A stretch of 63,231 bases of DNA, filler included, from Octopus bimaculoides (GCF_001194135.2; 7 parts of 6 records of this genome joined end to end with filler, not necessarily neighbours in it), one strand, 5' to 3'; positions 42,701 through 56,521 are shown, counted from the whole stretch's first letter. A program made the numbers and translations. The notes: generated by a model not told the origin, from the letters alone.

Positions 42701-45489
42701 TCGTTTGCCGTAACAGCAAATAAGATCACACTTTTACTCTCTGCACGCGATGTGATTCGCAAAGTTTGTGGGGAACCCATTGACCCAATTTACTAACATT
42801 TATGATGACACGCAGGTGTCGCTGAAATACAAAACATGTAACCGCAGCACGGCGTGACACTTCTCGAGTAATCGCTCTCTAGCGTCACTCTGCTATGCCC
42901 TCTAGAATTACGATAGTATTTTGCTCCACCAATGTTTGCAGGGCGTCATCATCAAGCTGTACCGGTACACGGTTTCGAGGCTCATCTTCTTCGCTCTAGT
43001 TTCAGGTTTGGGATTCCCAGAACCAGCGTTGAAACTAGCTTACGCTTATTATCCGAATTCCATATACTGTGTTAATATTCTTCTATTTTCTTCGCGTTGT
43101 TGCTTTTATTGAACTCCTAAAGCAAAATATGCTTAATATGATCCTTTGTCACGTCCATTATAGGTTTGAAATTATAACTGTTTAAATAGAACCTTACTCC
43201 TTGAAACATTCATTAAGAGTAGGTACAACGTAAAATTTCTACCCGCTGTTATATCATGTAGCTGATCCCAACCTGCTGCAGCTTATAGTTTATGCAATTG
43301 AAAAATGGTATTGTAAAAAACATGATCAATTATANNNNNNNNNNNNNNNNNNNNNNNNNNNNNNNNNNNNNNNNNNNNNNNNNNNNNNNNNNNNNNNNNN
43401 NNNNNNNNNNNNNNGTGTGTGTGAGTGTGTGTGTGTGTGCGTGAGTGCATATGTGTAGGTTTTTATATAATGGTATGAATTGAAGATAATATTTGAAGTA
43501 TGTGTCTATGCATAGATATATTTAATAATCTAAATAATCTGTTTAATGTTGAAATAACTTTATATAGATAAACAGTTTATGATGAAATAAAATTAAATTT
43601 AATAAATTGAACGTAGGAATAAATCTTAAAGTGAAATGTATACTCACCAATTGAAATAATCCACAAATTGAAATTTAGCACTGTACATGTTTTACAGGGA
43701 AAACATAGTCCTGGTGAAACAAATACAATTAATAAGATGACGTATATTGATCCTAAACGCCAACAAAACTAATATACTTAGAAAAAACGTGATATATAAA
43801 TGTTGCTATAGCATGAAAATTCATTAAAATTTAATTATATAAATAGAAATAACTAGGTTTCGATGCAGAAAGAATAAATAGCATATAAATATATATTTGT
43901 ATAATTTTTTTCAGGACCCTGAAAACCACCGAACAATCAATAAAATAACATAATGGGTATAATAATAGTTGACCTAATATTGTCCAAAACAGTATGTGAG
44001 CACTTTTTCCTGTCTTCAAATTTTGAATTAGTGCAGCTCCAGGAAAGGTAAAATATTTGCTTGATATTCGAGACAATGTTAAACCCTTCTTATGTACAAT
44101 TCTCGCAGAAAGAGAAATAAATAATTCCCTCTTCGGAAGAGCAAGAACATAGATACCCACATGGATTTATTATGTTCAAGAGTAAACGCATATATAATAT
44201 TATTACAAATTCACTATTGTACAATGTATGCACTGATTATGAAAATATAATCTTGATACATTTATAATCTATTAAACTAGGAAGATGTTTGTTAAATGTT
44301 AGAATACGTATATGGAAATGGTAGAAGATGACTTTTTTGTTGGAATTTCATCGTAGAATTCATTTAAATATTATTGATATTTAATTGTCAAAAGTAAATT
44401 TAATTTTCAAACACAAAGAGTTACAGTATTGAGATTACATTAATTATTGCAAAATAATATATAATAGTGTTGAATTTCGGGATGGCCACACTCACTACAT
44501 GCTTTTTCTTCACTTCTTTATTACTATTCTTATTTTATTATTTTAATTCATGTCCTTTTTCCGGAAATTTTCTTCACACATCTGTGTCCACTTCAGCGAC
44601 TCTTTCATCTTCGTGTGCGTTCTTGCTCCACTTTCTCTGTTCTGTCCTTCCAAGATGTGTATCCTTATGTGCGCATGTCTTTGTGTCCTTGTTTGTGTGC
44701 GTTCGTGTTCGTGTATGTGTATGTGTGTGTGCATGCTTGTGGGTATCATAGTTTTTAGTAGGAGTGTGGCCTTCACCTCAGCAAAATCCTCTGACCCCAT
44801 GTGCTGCGACTGTCCGAAGAAACCACGTCACAAAAAAATATGGCACAGTGCCTGTGTTCGCCTATGGTGTTGACATCGTGGTAATTATTTTTGCTGCTAC
44901 TGTCTTCATTGTCACGGCCGCTGCTGCAGTCGTTGTTAATTTTGTTGACATTGTTATGGATGTCCAGGAAATTTCATATTTGTGTTCGTGTGTGTGTACG
45001 GGTTCGCTTCGTATGCTCCATATATCCATGCCCTTTATATAATTTCCTTTATTCGTTTTATCTATCTCCATGTCTTATATGTATCACATGTATGTGACAA
45101 ATATAGTTGTATATTTATTTATGTATTTATTAATATATTTATTTGTTCATCATTTTTTATACATCTATCTCTATTTTTCATAAAGAACACTATTTTAAGT
45201 TTGATTTTCTCACGTTCATTAGAAATATGGTATTCTCTGCTCTCTGACGTCTGCATTCCTCGTCAGCATTTACGTAAAATATGTAAATGATAAACAGCAT
45301 TGTGGAATTTTACTGAAAATAGCCGTATGGTATTTTCCATGTGCCCTGGTATTTCGCATTTAAATTTGTCTAGATTTAGCACTCTGATGATTTTTTCCGG
45401 TTCCTATAAACTATCCTTTCCCTGGATATTACCAACGATTCATAAGTTTGATATTATCCCTGAGATATTGCGTGGGTAGACAATGCGTG

Positions 45490-45830
45490 TTAAGGTGCAT
45501 GGTTCAGTGGCTGCAGCATCGAGCTTAAAAACGTGATGTTTTGAAAACGAATCTTGGACTGAATCGTGTGTAATGTTCTTGAGCACGACACATTATTTAA
45601 CGTTCCTCCAGTTCCCTGAGCTGTAGATATGAGTTGCGAACACAATGGTGCCAAGGTGTATCGGAGTTTTCTTTTCCTTTGGAGATCATTAGTGGCATGG
45701 TTTGGGGAGAATTTTATGCATGGCAACAACTGGTCTTTCACAAACGTCCTTGCCCGCGATTTGTGCCGCGCAGGGGAAGTTTCTAGGGGCAATCCCATAG
45801 TGATTCGTGACCGATGGGGGATTTTACCAC
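45490..45830 (+). mobile_element. SINE family E, old divergent copy
   Basis: Colinear with 34007-34346 (GAGCTGTAGATATGAGTTGCGA..GGTGCCAAG..TCTAGGGGCAATCCCATAGTGATTCGTGACCGA). Confidence 0.8.
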
Positions 45831-45998
45831 ACTTTTGTTTAGCCATATGCACATGTATATGTTGGTTTCGGAGAGGTAATTCCGTTCATGCACACAATTT
45901 GCATACAAATATATACACGTTTACATATATACATTTTCATCTATATATTATATAAGCATATCTACATACATATATCGATATATATTTTGTCTCTCACG

Positions 45999-46081
<83 letters not shown>

Positions 46082-46203
46082 ATATATATATACACCTGTG
46101 TGTGTGTGTGTGTTTGTGTGTATGTATAATCATATATATGCATATACATATATCTATATTCATATGTATATAATTGCTTGATATATATATATATATATAT
46201 ATA

Positions 46204-46644
46204 CTAGCAGTAATACCGGTAGTTGATCGGGCAATTACTTTTTCTGTTTATCGGGAGACACATTTAATTTACTCCTCCAGTATCTGTGTATTTTTAGAAG
46301 AGAAACCCATGTAATAATTGACGTAGAAGAAAGGTCAATATCATACATGAACTTGTGTTTGTTTACGATATCACAAATACGTGAGTATGTGTTATTTCAT
46401 TTATGTATGTATGTGGTATGTGCCAGAGAGTTTGCAAATCCAATGGGGGTCTTAAAAGACATGTTAGGATCCACAATGAGCAGAACTTACTTGCAGGTAT
46501 TGGTAGTGCAAATCAGAGGTGCAATCTGTGTGGGTGTTTTTTCAAAACACTGTCTGGTTTAAAAAGCCACATCAGACGCCATGAAAGGGCTAAGGTGTAG
46601 GTGCAGGAGGTGGTCAAACTTTGTTTAAAGAGTAGACAACCACC

Positions 46645-46689
<45 letters not shown>

Positions 46690-48000
46690 ATGGCAACAAT
46701 ATAAAACTTTTATTAGACTCAAACATGTAATAATAGAAGCAGAAAAAATATCATTTTTATATATGAAGTTCTGTCTGTTTATTACCTGATAATAATAAGT
46801 GAGATATATGTGTTATATTTATCAACAGAGTAATGACAATCATATAATACCGTTCATTGAAATAAGTAAGTTACTCATTCTTGAATGTAATGATAGTAAT
46901 AGTAAATGAAGTTATTGAAGTATTTATGTTACATCAAGAATGAATATTTCTTTATGAACAATGTTTTTTTTTAATGATTTCATTTCGTGGTACATATTCC
47001 TTTACTACAAACAGTGGTCTTTTGAAAACGCCTTTCTGTTTTAATAATTGAACTAGAAAAGAAATGAACTTCATACATGAACTTCAGTTTGTTTATTATA
47101 TTAAAATAGTGAGTTTCATGTTTTATTATATTTATCAATACAGTAAGGACAATTATATAATACAATTTACTGAAATAGGTAATTTAGTCATACTTGAATG
47201 TAATGATAGTAATGCGAAATTAAGTTATTGAAGTATTCATGTTGCAGTAAGAGTGAATATTACATTATAAGCAATGTTTTTCGTTTTATTACGGGCAGCA
47301 TAAGCAACATCATTTCATTTTGCTCCATTCAACACGTGAATCTCCTAATTTGAGTTGGCCATGTGAAAAACATGGTTCTTGAAGCTGCAATCCATCAACT
47401 GGTCATATTTGGCCCTGACTTTTATTAATGCGTGTGGCAAAATAAACTCGGATATGAAAATGTAGCTGTTTAAATTGGAATGGAACATTAGATGGAGTAA
47501 CTGGTATGCGAGGAATGAAGACGGTGTCACCCCTTCCACAACCAGTGGGAATATTTTCATCGCTGCAATTCCTCATAAGTTTGTGCATACTTAATCTTGC
47601 ACCATTTCATAAGTTTCGTTGAGACAAATTAAGCAATATCATAATAGGAGTCCCTTTATCAGCTGAAGACTATGAGGAGCTATACCTGGTGGTTCTATTG
47701 ACTTCAACATTTCGTTGGTGTTTTTAACACTCTCCTGGTCATCAACAATAATATCAATTGAGTTATAAGTGAATATTTCTCCCAGAAGCTTATTCAATAG
47801 GATATTATTAATGCTATGTACTTCAAGACATTTTGGAGCCATGATGGCTCGCTGACATATCCAATTTGTATTGCTGTCATTATAAAGAAAATTAGGAAAG
47901 ATTTCATCCACCAAATCATCGACTAAAGTAGTTGAATTACATATTGGATTGAGTGTAAGAAGCTTTCCTTCATCAATTGGAAGTTTCCCTTCACCGAGAA
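46204..48000 (-). mobile_element. Helitron remnant: PIF1-like helicase C-terminal pseudogene (47255-47998) and 3' terminus
   Basis: LVDEIFPN..WICQRAIMAPK...EMLKSIEPPGIAPHSLQL...TGCGRGDTVFIPRIPVTPSNVPFQFK...INKSQGQ...GLQLQEPCFSHGQL..SRV. Terminus on - is a hairpin (46216-46230), then CTAG|T at 46207-46203. Confidence 0.88.
46390..46655 (+). mobile_element. Probable LINE (RTE-like) 3' end encoding two C2H2 zinc fingers, nested in the Helitron
   Basis: ORF 46403-46600 has CGMC-x12-H-x3-H and CNLC-x12-H-x3-H with no TGEKP linker, then a short UTR and (TA)n. The LINE assignment is inference. Confidence 0.55.
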
Positions 48001-49403
48001 AATAAGAGAGAGAGAAAGAAATTGATTGAAAACGACAAAGAGGAAATAAAATCGTAGAGAGATGGTTTAAGGTTCACTTTGCGGGACAAACAAAGAAACA
48101 CAATCTTTTTGACGTACCATTGCAGAGAAACAGACATGCAAACAGACAGAGAATATAGAGTGGGAGAGAGAATTTAGTAGACATAGAAAGAAAATCATAG
48201 GGAAATGGTGTTTGGTTTTATTTTCGCTTTGTGGGGCTAACAGAAAGACAATATTTCTTATATATACAAAGGTATTTATATGTGTGTGTTTGTGTATATG
48301 TAAATGCATATTTATGCGTCTGTATTTATATACGTATCTGGGTATCAATACAAACACATGTGTATGTATATTAAAGGGGGGAGAGAAAGGAAAAAGAGAA
48401 ATATTGAAAATACCTCTAACTCGACAGCAGACGAGATCTGTCAGTTACATTTATCTGCAGTAAACTTTTGAATATAAGAAACAAATATATTTAAAATGTT
48501 GAATTCTAAAGGTGTGTTATCATTAAATTAAAATATAATCACATCTTATACCTATACAGTGTTGATAGATCATTGAACAGCAGTCACGTTATAGGCATTT
48601 TGGGACCTTGTTTTTATCATTATGACACATAATTTTTTCAAGTATCTGGTGTACATCAGTCCGACATGTGAGGTGTCAATCTCTCATTTACAGATGTTAT
48701 CATTATGCTCTTCAACGCCGTTGACTGTTCATGTAAAACTTTGACATCAACAATTCGTTAAATTGAACTGCGACTTTTTTTACAAGATTAAAATAAAATA
48801 AAAGTAATTGAATTTTCATTGTGCAATCAAATCTATTATATGTTGCTTGGTATTGCTCAGTTGTCAGTTTTTTCGTAACAATCACATAATACTTGGCTCA
48901 ATTTCCAGTCTTTACTTGTAAAAAAATTCCTCATGAATGAACAATCAGTATGTATACTGTATTACTTTCTTAATTTTAAAACTGCAGATCCGTGTATATG
49001 TATACGTGGGCATAGTTGAGACCTGATACAAGCTAAATTCATACATTTGAAGAGCATTATTAATATCAATGTACTCTCTAGACTTGAATATTTACATTTC
49101 CAATTACTCATTCTTTTATTTGGTTTCGGTTGGCAGGGCATGTTGCGAATATGAACCGAAAAAAAGATAAAACACTACAAATAAGTCCTATATGAAATGC
49201 TAATGATGAAATACTAGTGCTACATGAAAGAGAATCTGTAAAATTTTGTCGATGACTTTGAGGCAATGATGAAATGATAATGCTCGAGTTTGAACACCTG
49301 TAGGATTCCGATCTCAAGTAATCTATACTCAAATGGAATATTCTGAGCGGGCCTGATGTTCAGAAGAGCCAAAAGTTTGGAAAATTTGGAGATGCTTTTC
49401 TGG

Positions 49404-49471
49404 TGAACACATTCTGTTGAACACATTCTGTTGAACACATTCTGTTGAACACTTTCTGTTGAACACATTCT
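49404..49471. repeat. 14-bp tandem repeat (TGAACACATTCTGT), about 5 copies
   Basis: Directly visible; one unit has a single substitution. Confidence 0.95.
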
Positions 49472-52131
49472 TTCTTTTATTCGTATGAAAATGCACAATA
49501 CAGAATGAATATTTAAGTATTCTTTTAGTCATGTAAGCTAAAAAGAAAGACATATTTGTTAATGTACAAATTTGGAAAGTTTAAACATAGAAAAAAAGTA
49601 TTTTTTCTTTTTCTTTTTCCAAATATTATTATTCTACATTAAGTCATAATCATTCATGTTACAATGTTTTAACTATCTTGTTTTTCTTTTTATTATTATT
49701 TTTTGAAGCTTTGTAAATCCTCAGTCTTTCATAGGAGTCAACGCAGACTTATGACTGGCAATAAATATTAACTGAAATAAGAAGAAGAATAAGGTGACTT
49801 TCATGTAAAAGAACTAAAAAACCGTTATCATATATGATTTGGACATGCTACGTGTCCCATTACCCCGTGCTATTATCGGATATGAGATTTTTCCCTCTCT
49901 AACATAAGTTCCTATCGTACGACTATAGTAACATTTTCATTAATATATTTAATCAAATTATCAAATGTTCTAAACTGAAATTGCATATGGTGAAAACTAG
50001 TTGCATATATATTTCCCCAACTAATACTCTACTTTCTTTCATGCTCATATGCACACACTGCAAAATCGGTTAAGATCAATACATATATGGCTTTGTTTTG
50101 TGTATTGGTACACGAAAAATGCAATTTCACTAAACTTATGTACATCCCTATTTGTTGGAATTCTAAAATTCAGTGCACATTAGGAAACAATTACTTTTGC
50201 ATGGTGTTACAATACTGTGGAGAAATATGAATATAATTACTTAATAAGGTGATTGAGATCATTCTTTAGGGAAACGAACAGTTTATTGCCTTGTTTTCAT
50301 GGCGCATTCATATACAGAAATAACATTCATACTATTTCGCAGTAATGTTTTATTATTATTATTATTGAATAATAGTACGTGTGATTACTATTTCGCCGAG
50401 TGTTTGTTCCAGCATTTAGAGTAACTACTTTACATGCGAGATTACAGCAGAGAAAATACATTTCAACTTAGCATATTAGTGTGTAAACAATTGAATAATT
50501 GCCTCTATGATCATTGTAGAATATATTGCCTCTCTCATCTTTGTCATTCAAATTACTTCTCTGATCATTGTGGATTAAAATTCTTAAGAATCTTAAACTC
50601 TCTATATGTACAGTACGAAACCGAATCACTTTTTCCATACTTGCCGGGAACAATATAAACGAACATGATATATTTTTGTTGAAATAGAAAATATATATAC
50701 GCAAATGAATGTTTTATATACGTATGCCACAAGAAGGATTCTGTCGATAAGGCTACATGTATTAAATCGAACACAAATAATTTCATTGATATAAATATGT
50801 ATTCATAAGATGGCAAATCATCACGTTCAACTACCTTTTAAATAACAGTGGCTACAAAGCTAGAAAAACAAAACGGAATTGTAATCCTCATACGATATTT
50901 TTAAAAGATATTTAAAGGCCATAATTCATATTCTATGCTAATTGGTCAAGAGAAGTGAAGGGTAAGCATATCTCTTTCCATTTGTTTCTATTTGTGCTAG
51001 ATTTAGGTAGGCAAAAACTAAAAGATTATTACTTCTATAGATATGTGAACGTAATAAATATTCAATTCCAGAGCTGGATATCATAATGAGTACTGAAACT
51101 AGTTGAATTTATGATTCTTATATTCACCACATATATTCCAGATACGTAGTCAACGAATTACATAGGAACAACATTCTGAAGAAAAAATGCGTCATTCGTG
51201 ATATAAATGTAGTTAGATTTCTCTTAATGAATCTTATCATTAGTCAGCTTAATCAAACAAATGATTCCACAGTTAATATGTCGAATATCGATACGAGTGT
51301 TGAGAAACATAAGCATGCCTGGATTTTTCTTGGAGAATTTTCGCTTAAACGGACATGCTCGGTTAAATAAGGGAGATTAAATATGATTATCTAATTAGCA
51401 TATTATTAAAAATAAAATTATGATCCGTAATAACAGATGAAAATATATCTTTTCTCATAACATATGTAATGAATTGTTATTTGAGCGTGTCCTTGAACAT
51501 AGGCCGTCTGGTCCTAGTAGGGTTCATAGAAAAATAATTGTCCTACAAGAAATGATTATAAAAAAAAGTTAATTATAGTGAACGATTCTTTCGGAGTCGT
51601 CATGTGTATGCTTAATACTATATAATACACCAAGTGCGTATTATTTGTAATCTTGCATTGAACTCCCTTACTAAGTTGTATCTATTAGAATATCTTTTGA
51701 CGTGTTTGTTAGTAGATTAATTAGTCTAAACAAATAGTAAGTTAATACATACTCTCAGAGTGGTACCATATGGATGTAGCCCGATCATAGCTTTCTAAGA
51801 AAAGTTCACGATTTATTTAATCTTTTTTTTTTAATACTATACCTCATTAAGAAATACTAAAATTGAATAATTATTATTATGTGTTTTTGTGAAATGAGAC
51901 CATTTTTTGCATAACTATTAGTTGAGTTCCACTTTATATGTCTGTTATAAGTTTGAATGAATGTACACAGTATCATATATATATTTCTCAACACTATTAT
52001 TAGAAGTCATCACAAGGAAAATATGAATGTCTATTTCTGTCTCTACGTTCACTCATCTCCTCTCTCAATTTTTCTATCTTTATATGTATAATCAAACACG
52101 TAGACACATAAACACAGTCAATCTTAAATAA

Positions 52132-52442
52132 CTGGCACAACTTCGGTTACGAAGACAAGGGTCCCATCCACTGAGGGGCCTAATCTTGAAATTAACGTGC
52201 GAGGGTCTGAGAACTCCACAAACAAGCGTACCCATTACATAGTTCTCAGAAAGATTCAGCGTGGCATATAATGTGAAATGGCTGGCGGTTTGAAATGCAG
52301 GGGCTACTCATTTGTGCCAGCTGAGTGGACTAGAGCAGCATGAAATAAAGTGCCTTCCTGAAGGACACAACGTGTAGATAGAGCTCATGACTATATTGAC
52401 CGTAAGCCGAATACCTTAAACACAGTGCCACGAGCCTTCACA
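52132..52442 (-). mobile_element. Mosaic SINE: family B/E head and core with a family F tail
   Basis: Minus strand has CACTTTATTTCATGCTGCTCTAGTCCACTCAGCTGGCACAAATG (compare 25071-25115), then GAGAACTATGTAATGGGTACG..GTGGAGTTCTCAG..TTAATTTCA (compare 35400-35464). Confidence 0.8.
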
Positions 52443-52894
52443 TACAGAATCACATATCTACGGATTGGGCATCAAATTATCCGTCTTTCTGCCTGAATGA
52501 ATGTGCATATGTATGTATATAAAAACACATTTCTCTGGGAGATCATTAAAGATATTTATTTAACTATTGAAATACAAATAATGGAAAAGATAAATTTCTG
52601 TTTTTGAAAAATATAAGCATTATGACATAACTAAATTTCCTAATAATTCCTAAACACATTCATGTTTTACGTGAGACAGACAGATAGTCCTATTGTTATT
52701 TCCTTAAGAATTTATCTATGTATACATGTTTACGTTTGTGCCATTACATAAGGAGAGACTAAAAGAGATAAAAAGGGTAAAAAAGCGAGCGAAATATGAA
52801 GTGGAAGGAATAGAAATTCATTCTTTTCTTGGGGATGTTTTGATAAACCTCATCTCGTAATTGTTCTATCTACTCAATCTAATATTTCTGCCTG

Positions 52895-52953
<59 letters not shown>

Positions 52954-52979
52954 TCATCTATCTATCTATCTATCTATCT
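52895..52979. repeat. (TCTA)n microsatellite
   Basis: Directly visible; immediately precedes the Tx1-like element. Confidence 0.97.
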
Positions 52980-53166
52980 GACGGACAAGCTGTCACATCG
53001 GCTGCAGAAGTAAACGTTTATTTCACCTTTTATTGTTCACATTTTGTTGGAATTTTTAAATAGTTTTTGTTGCGAAGCACCTGGGCTTCATTTCTGTATA
53101 TTTTCAAAGGCAGGAATTGGCTCCCAGGGGCAGTTTCAATCTTAGCAAAATACAACCTTAGCAAAA

Positions 53167-55163
53167 ATGTCGAGAAACATAATTTTGGAACGCTTGTCTT
53201 CTTCTTTTGACGAGCATTTCCCGAGGCTTCAGATGCCAGAAGAGAAAAACGAACAGAGTATCGAGTGCTCACACAGTGACAGGAACGCAGTTGCTGTAAA
53301 CGTCACAAAGACGGCGATTACAGCTACTAACAGCCCTCTCACCACCACCAGCACCACCACCACCAACAACAACAACAATAACAACGACAACAACAAAAAC
53401 AACAACAACAGCAAGGACGCAAATTTATACGTCACGGATACTGTTAACAGCCTTTGTCACCACCACCAACACGAACAACAAAAACAAAACTATAACCTAG
53501 GTTACAAAACCATGCGTAAAAACCGTCACAAATGTCTCTGACGTAAGCACCATTGCTGCTGACGCCATCATCACCACCACCACCAACAACAACAACAACG
53601 ACAACAACAACAACAACAGCATCAACAACAACACAAAGGACACAAATTTATCGGCCGTCAGCACTGACACCATCACCTGTTCAACAAACTCTGCTGCCAC
53701 TACCACCACCTTTGAACTCGGCAGTACCAACACCAACATAAACAAAAATATTCAAAAGAACATGTCCGCCAGCACAACAAAAACAAATTTCGCAGATGCT
53801 GTAAAGGAAAAAAGAACAATAGTGACATTCACACAACAACTAATTAAAGACACAAAATCCCATCTTACGAAAGAAGGCGATGATCTTAAAATAGACATTC
53901 CAAAAGAAATTATAGAAAAAAACCCAAAAAATGCATCATTTATAAACTGGTAAACACAAAAATCAGACGTGTAGAAAATTTTAGCACAGATAAGATCGAG
54001 ATTTTTCTTAAACCTGTATGGGCTCATCAAGAGCATGTCACGTGGAGACGAAAATTTGGAACGGTACAGGTGAGATTCTTAAATGAAAATTTAGCGAAGC
54101 AATTTTCGACACTCTTTCTCCGCACAGATAACTTGGTGATGATACCGAGTTATCTGGGACAGAGAGTGACCAAAGTAATTATAAAAAATGTGCCATCAGA
54201 AGGGGACACCCAATGACTAATATCGGCCGTATGCCTCGAAATGGAGGAGGCAAATATTTTGGAGATTACGGTCGTAGACGAAAAGAACTGGGGAGGGAAA
54301 AATATGGAAATCCTTCTCCACATCACGGAGGAGGCTTCACAGAAAATTCCTCCAAACATTAGACTGGCAGAGGACCACAAGCTGTATGTGGTGGTAGAGG
54401 GCAGGCAGCCTCGCTGTTACCTATGCAACACCGAAGCACATCTGAAAAAGGACTGCCCTCTGGCCGCTAAACAAAAACAACAACAACAACAACAACAACA
54501 ACAATAACAGAAGCAACTACCCAATACCCCCAACAGAAAAAAACTTTACTACCAACACCACCAGCAACACAAAAAACAACAACAGAAATATCAGCAATAA
54601 CCACAACAGAAAAGACAACAGAAACTGCAAAAACAGAAGAGAAAAAAAAAGAAAATTCCAAGACTGACTCTCCCTCCCCCATATCACATACACCACACAC
54701 AAATAACAAGCAGCCAACATCAATAAAAACAGCAACACAAACATTCACAGAAACACACACAGACGCACAAAATTTGCCGTTACCTCTTTCTGACTCCTCA
54801 GAACTCTCATCATCGGATGAAGTGGAGTGGAAAATAGCTACGAAAGGAAAGAGGAAGCGCAGTAAGAAGAAAACAAAACAAAATGCAAACACAGACAAAA
54901 CAGGGACATTCCCATCTCCCGAAAATACACCTAACACCAATAGTAATATGCAAAAAACAATGCTAACAGCAATAGACAGTACAAGCACAGAGTTGATGAA
55001 TTACATCAACTCTAAAACAAACATCACAAATAACGACATCAAAACAAAAAACCACCCACACACAACACCGCCAAAACACATTAAAATTTACCATGTATCA
55101 CCAGCATTGCACCACAAAATAAAATCCCTCTACCCCAACTCGGTGGGGGGATGTCAAAAATAG
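53167..55163 (+). pseudogene. LINE ORF1 (gag-like, CCHC zinc knuckle), disrupted
   Basis: Pieces 53167-, about 53480-53953, 53955-54470 and 54470-55163 join through about 3 frameshifts. TGA at 54214-54216 where the paralogue at 7.5 kb has TGG. Knuckle: RCYLCNTEAHLKKDC. Confidence 0.8.
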
Positions 55164-55288
55164 TTGTGCAAGAAATTGTACAATAGCCTCCTTTGTGAAA
55201 AATCCAAGGAGGAAACAAAACTTGCAAACAGTAAGTAGCTCTGTTATCCTTTCCTTTTGTGCTTTAGAGCACACGTATAAATAGAATC

Positions 55289-56034
55289 ATGGTGAAGATT
55301 GATTGTGTGAATGTCCGTGGCTTGGGGTCCCCTTGGAAACAAGGGTACCTCTTAAATGACATCAAGTCACACAATTTGGATATCATTGCCATTGGTGAGA
55401 CTAGACTCCATGAACCGCGGGCACTAAATTCCCTGTTTGGCGGACAGTTTGACATTTATTTTTCTCCCTGTTTGCCGAGGATGGGCGGTAGTGGCACGTC
55501 GGTTCTTTTTCACAAGAGTCTGGATATCCAAGTAAAGACGATATTTACGGACCCGGAGGGTAGACTGGTTGTCCTAGATGTGGACGGCAGCGATGGAGGC
55601 GCTTTTCAGCTACTGGCAGTTTATGTGCCTCCTTTAACAGGTCGGTCGGACATCTTTCGACGACTAGATGTATTCCTGGGAACGTCTCGTCCCTTACTTT
55701 TAGTGGGGGATTGGAATGCTACTTTGGACACGCATCTAGATTACGTGGGGTGTGACAAAACTAGAAGGGGATGCAAAGGCCTCAGAGACCTGCTCAGACG
55801 CTTCCAGTTGTCTGACAGGTACCGACTCGAGCACCCAAATGTGCCAACGTGGAATTGGAGCAACCACATTGGGTGGTCGAGATCGTATCTAGATAGGATA
55901 GAGTGTAGGACAAGAGATAGAGATAGTTTAGGATGTCCAGTTCCACATAGTCAGCTACACGGACCACAAACTTGTGACGTGTACGCTAGACTTAGATAAG
56001 ACACATAGGCAGGGTCCCGGGTACTGGAAACTAA
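55289..56034 (+). pseudogene. LINE ORF2 N-terminus, apurinic-like endonuclease (APE)
   Basis: NVRGL, DIIAIGET, DPEGR, VYVP, VGDWNA, SYLDRI; after a frameshift near 55940, YTDHKLV...GPGYWKL. Confidence 0.92.
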
Positions 56035-56371
56035 NNNNNNNNNNNNNNNNNNNNNNNNNNNNNNNNNNNNNNNNNNNNTTAATTAATTAANNNNNNNNNN
56101 NNNNNNNNNNNNNNNNNNNNNNNNNNNNNNNNNNCCACTGATCCTTGGTGAGAGAGACAAAATCTTGGCAATCTTATATCTACTTTTCCAGTGAAATTCT
56201 TCACTGATATCGAAAAGGTGAAAACAAGCAATGTTAATTCTCTAAATGAAGTATTAACAGTAACTGCACGAAAATTATATTATTAAAAAGATAAATTGAT
56301 TAGAACTATCAGTAAAGTCATTTTTTTCCTTTTTGCAAATATACCTAACTGTACCAAGGATTTCACACACG

Positions 56372-56410
<39 letters not shown>

Positions 56411-56482
56411 CTGTGTGTGTCTGTGTGTATGTGTATATACGTGTGTATGTGTGTGTGCGTGTGTCTGTGTGTATGTGTATAT

Positions 56483-56521
<39 letters not shown>

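Larger units (their letters stand above)
52980..56034 (+). mobile_element. Tx1/L1-group LINE, 5' about 3 kb; 3' part lost in a gap
   Basis: A gag-like ORF1 with a CCHC knuckle is followed by an APE endonuclease ending in TDH...GPGYWKL. The 5' boundary is inferred from the end of the microsatellite. Confidence 0.88.

Noticed and set aside
43831-44160. 109-aa minus-strand ORF
   Set aside because: AT-rich, no recognisable homology or splice context.
49110-49330. RLAGHVANM as another RTE remnant
   Set aside because: Only one short motif; too decayed to annotate.
54467-54988. 173-aa hydrophobic minus-strand ORF suggesting a membrane protein
   Set aside because: It is the antisense of the ACA-rich LINE ORF1 tail.
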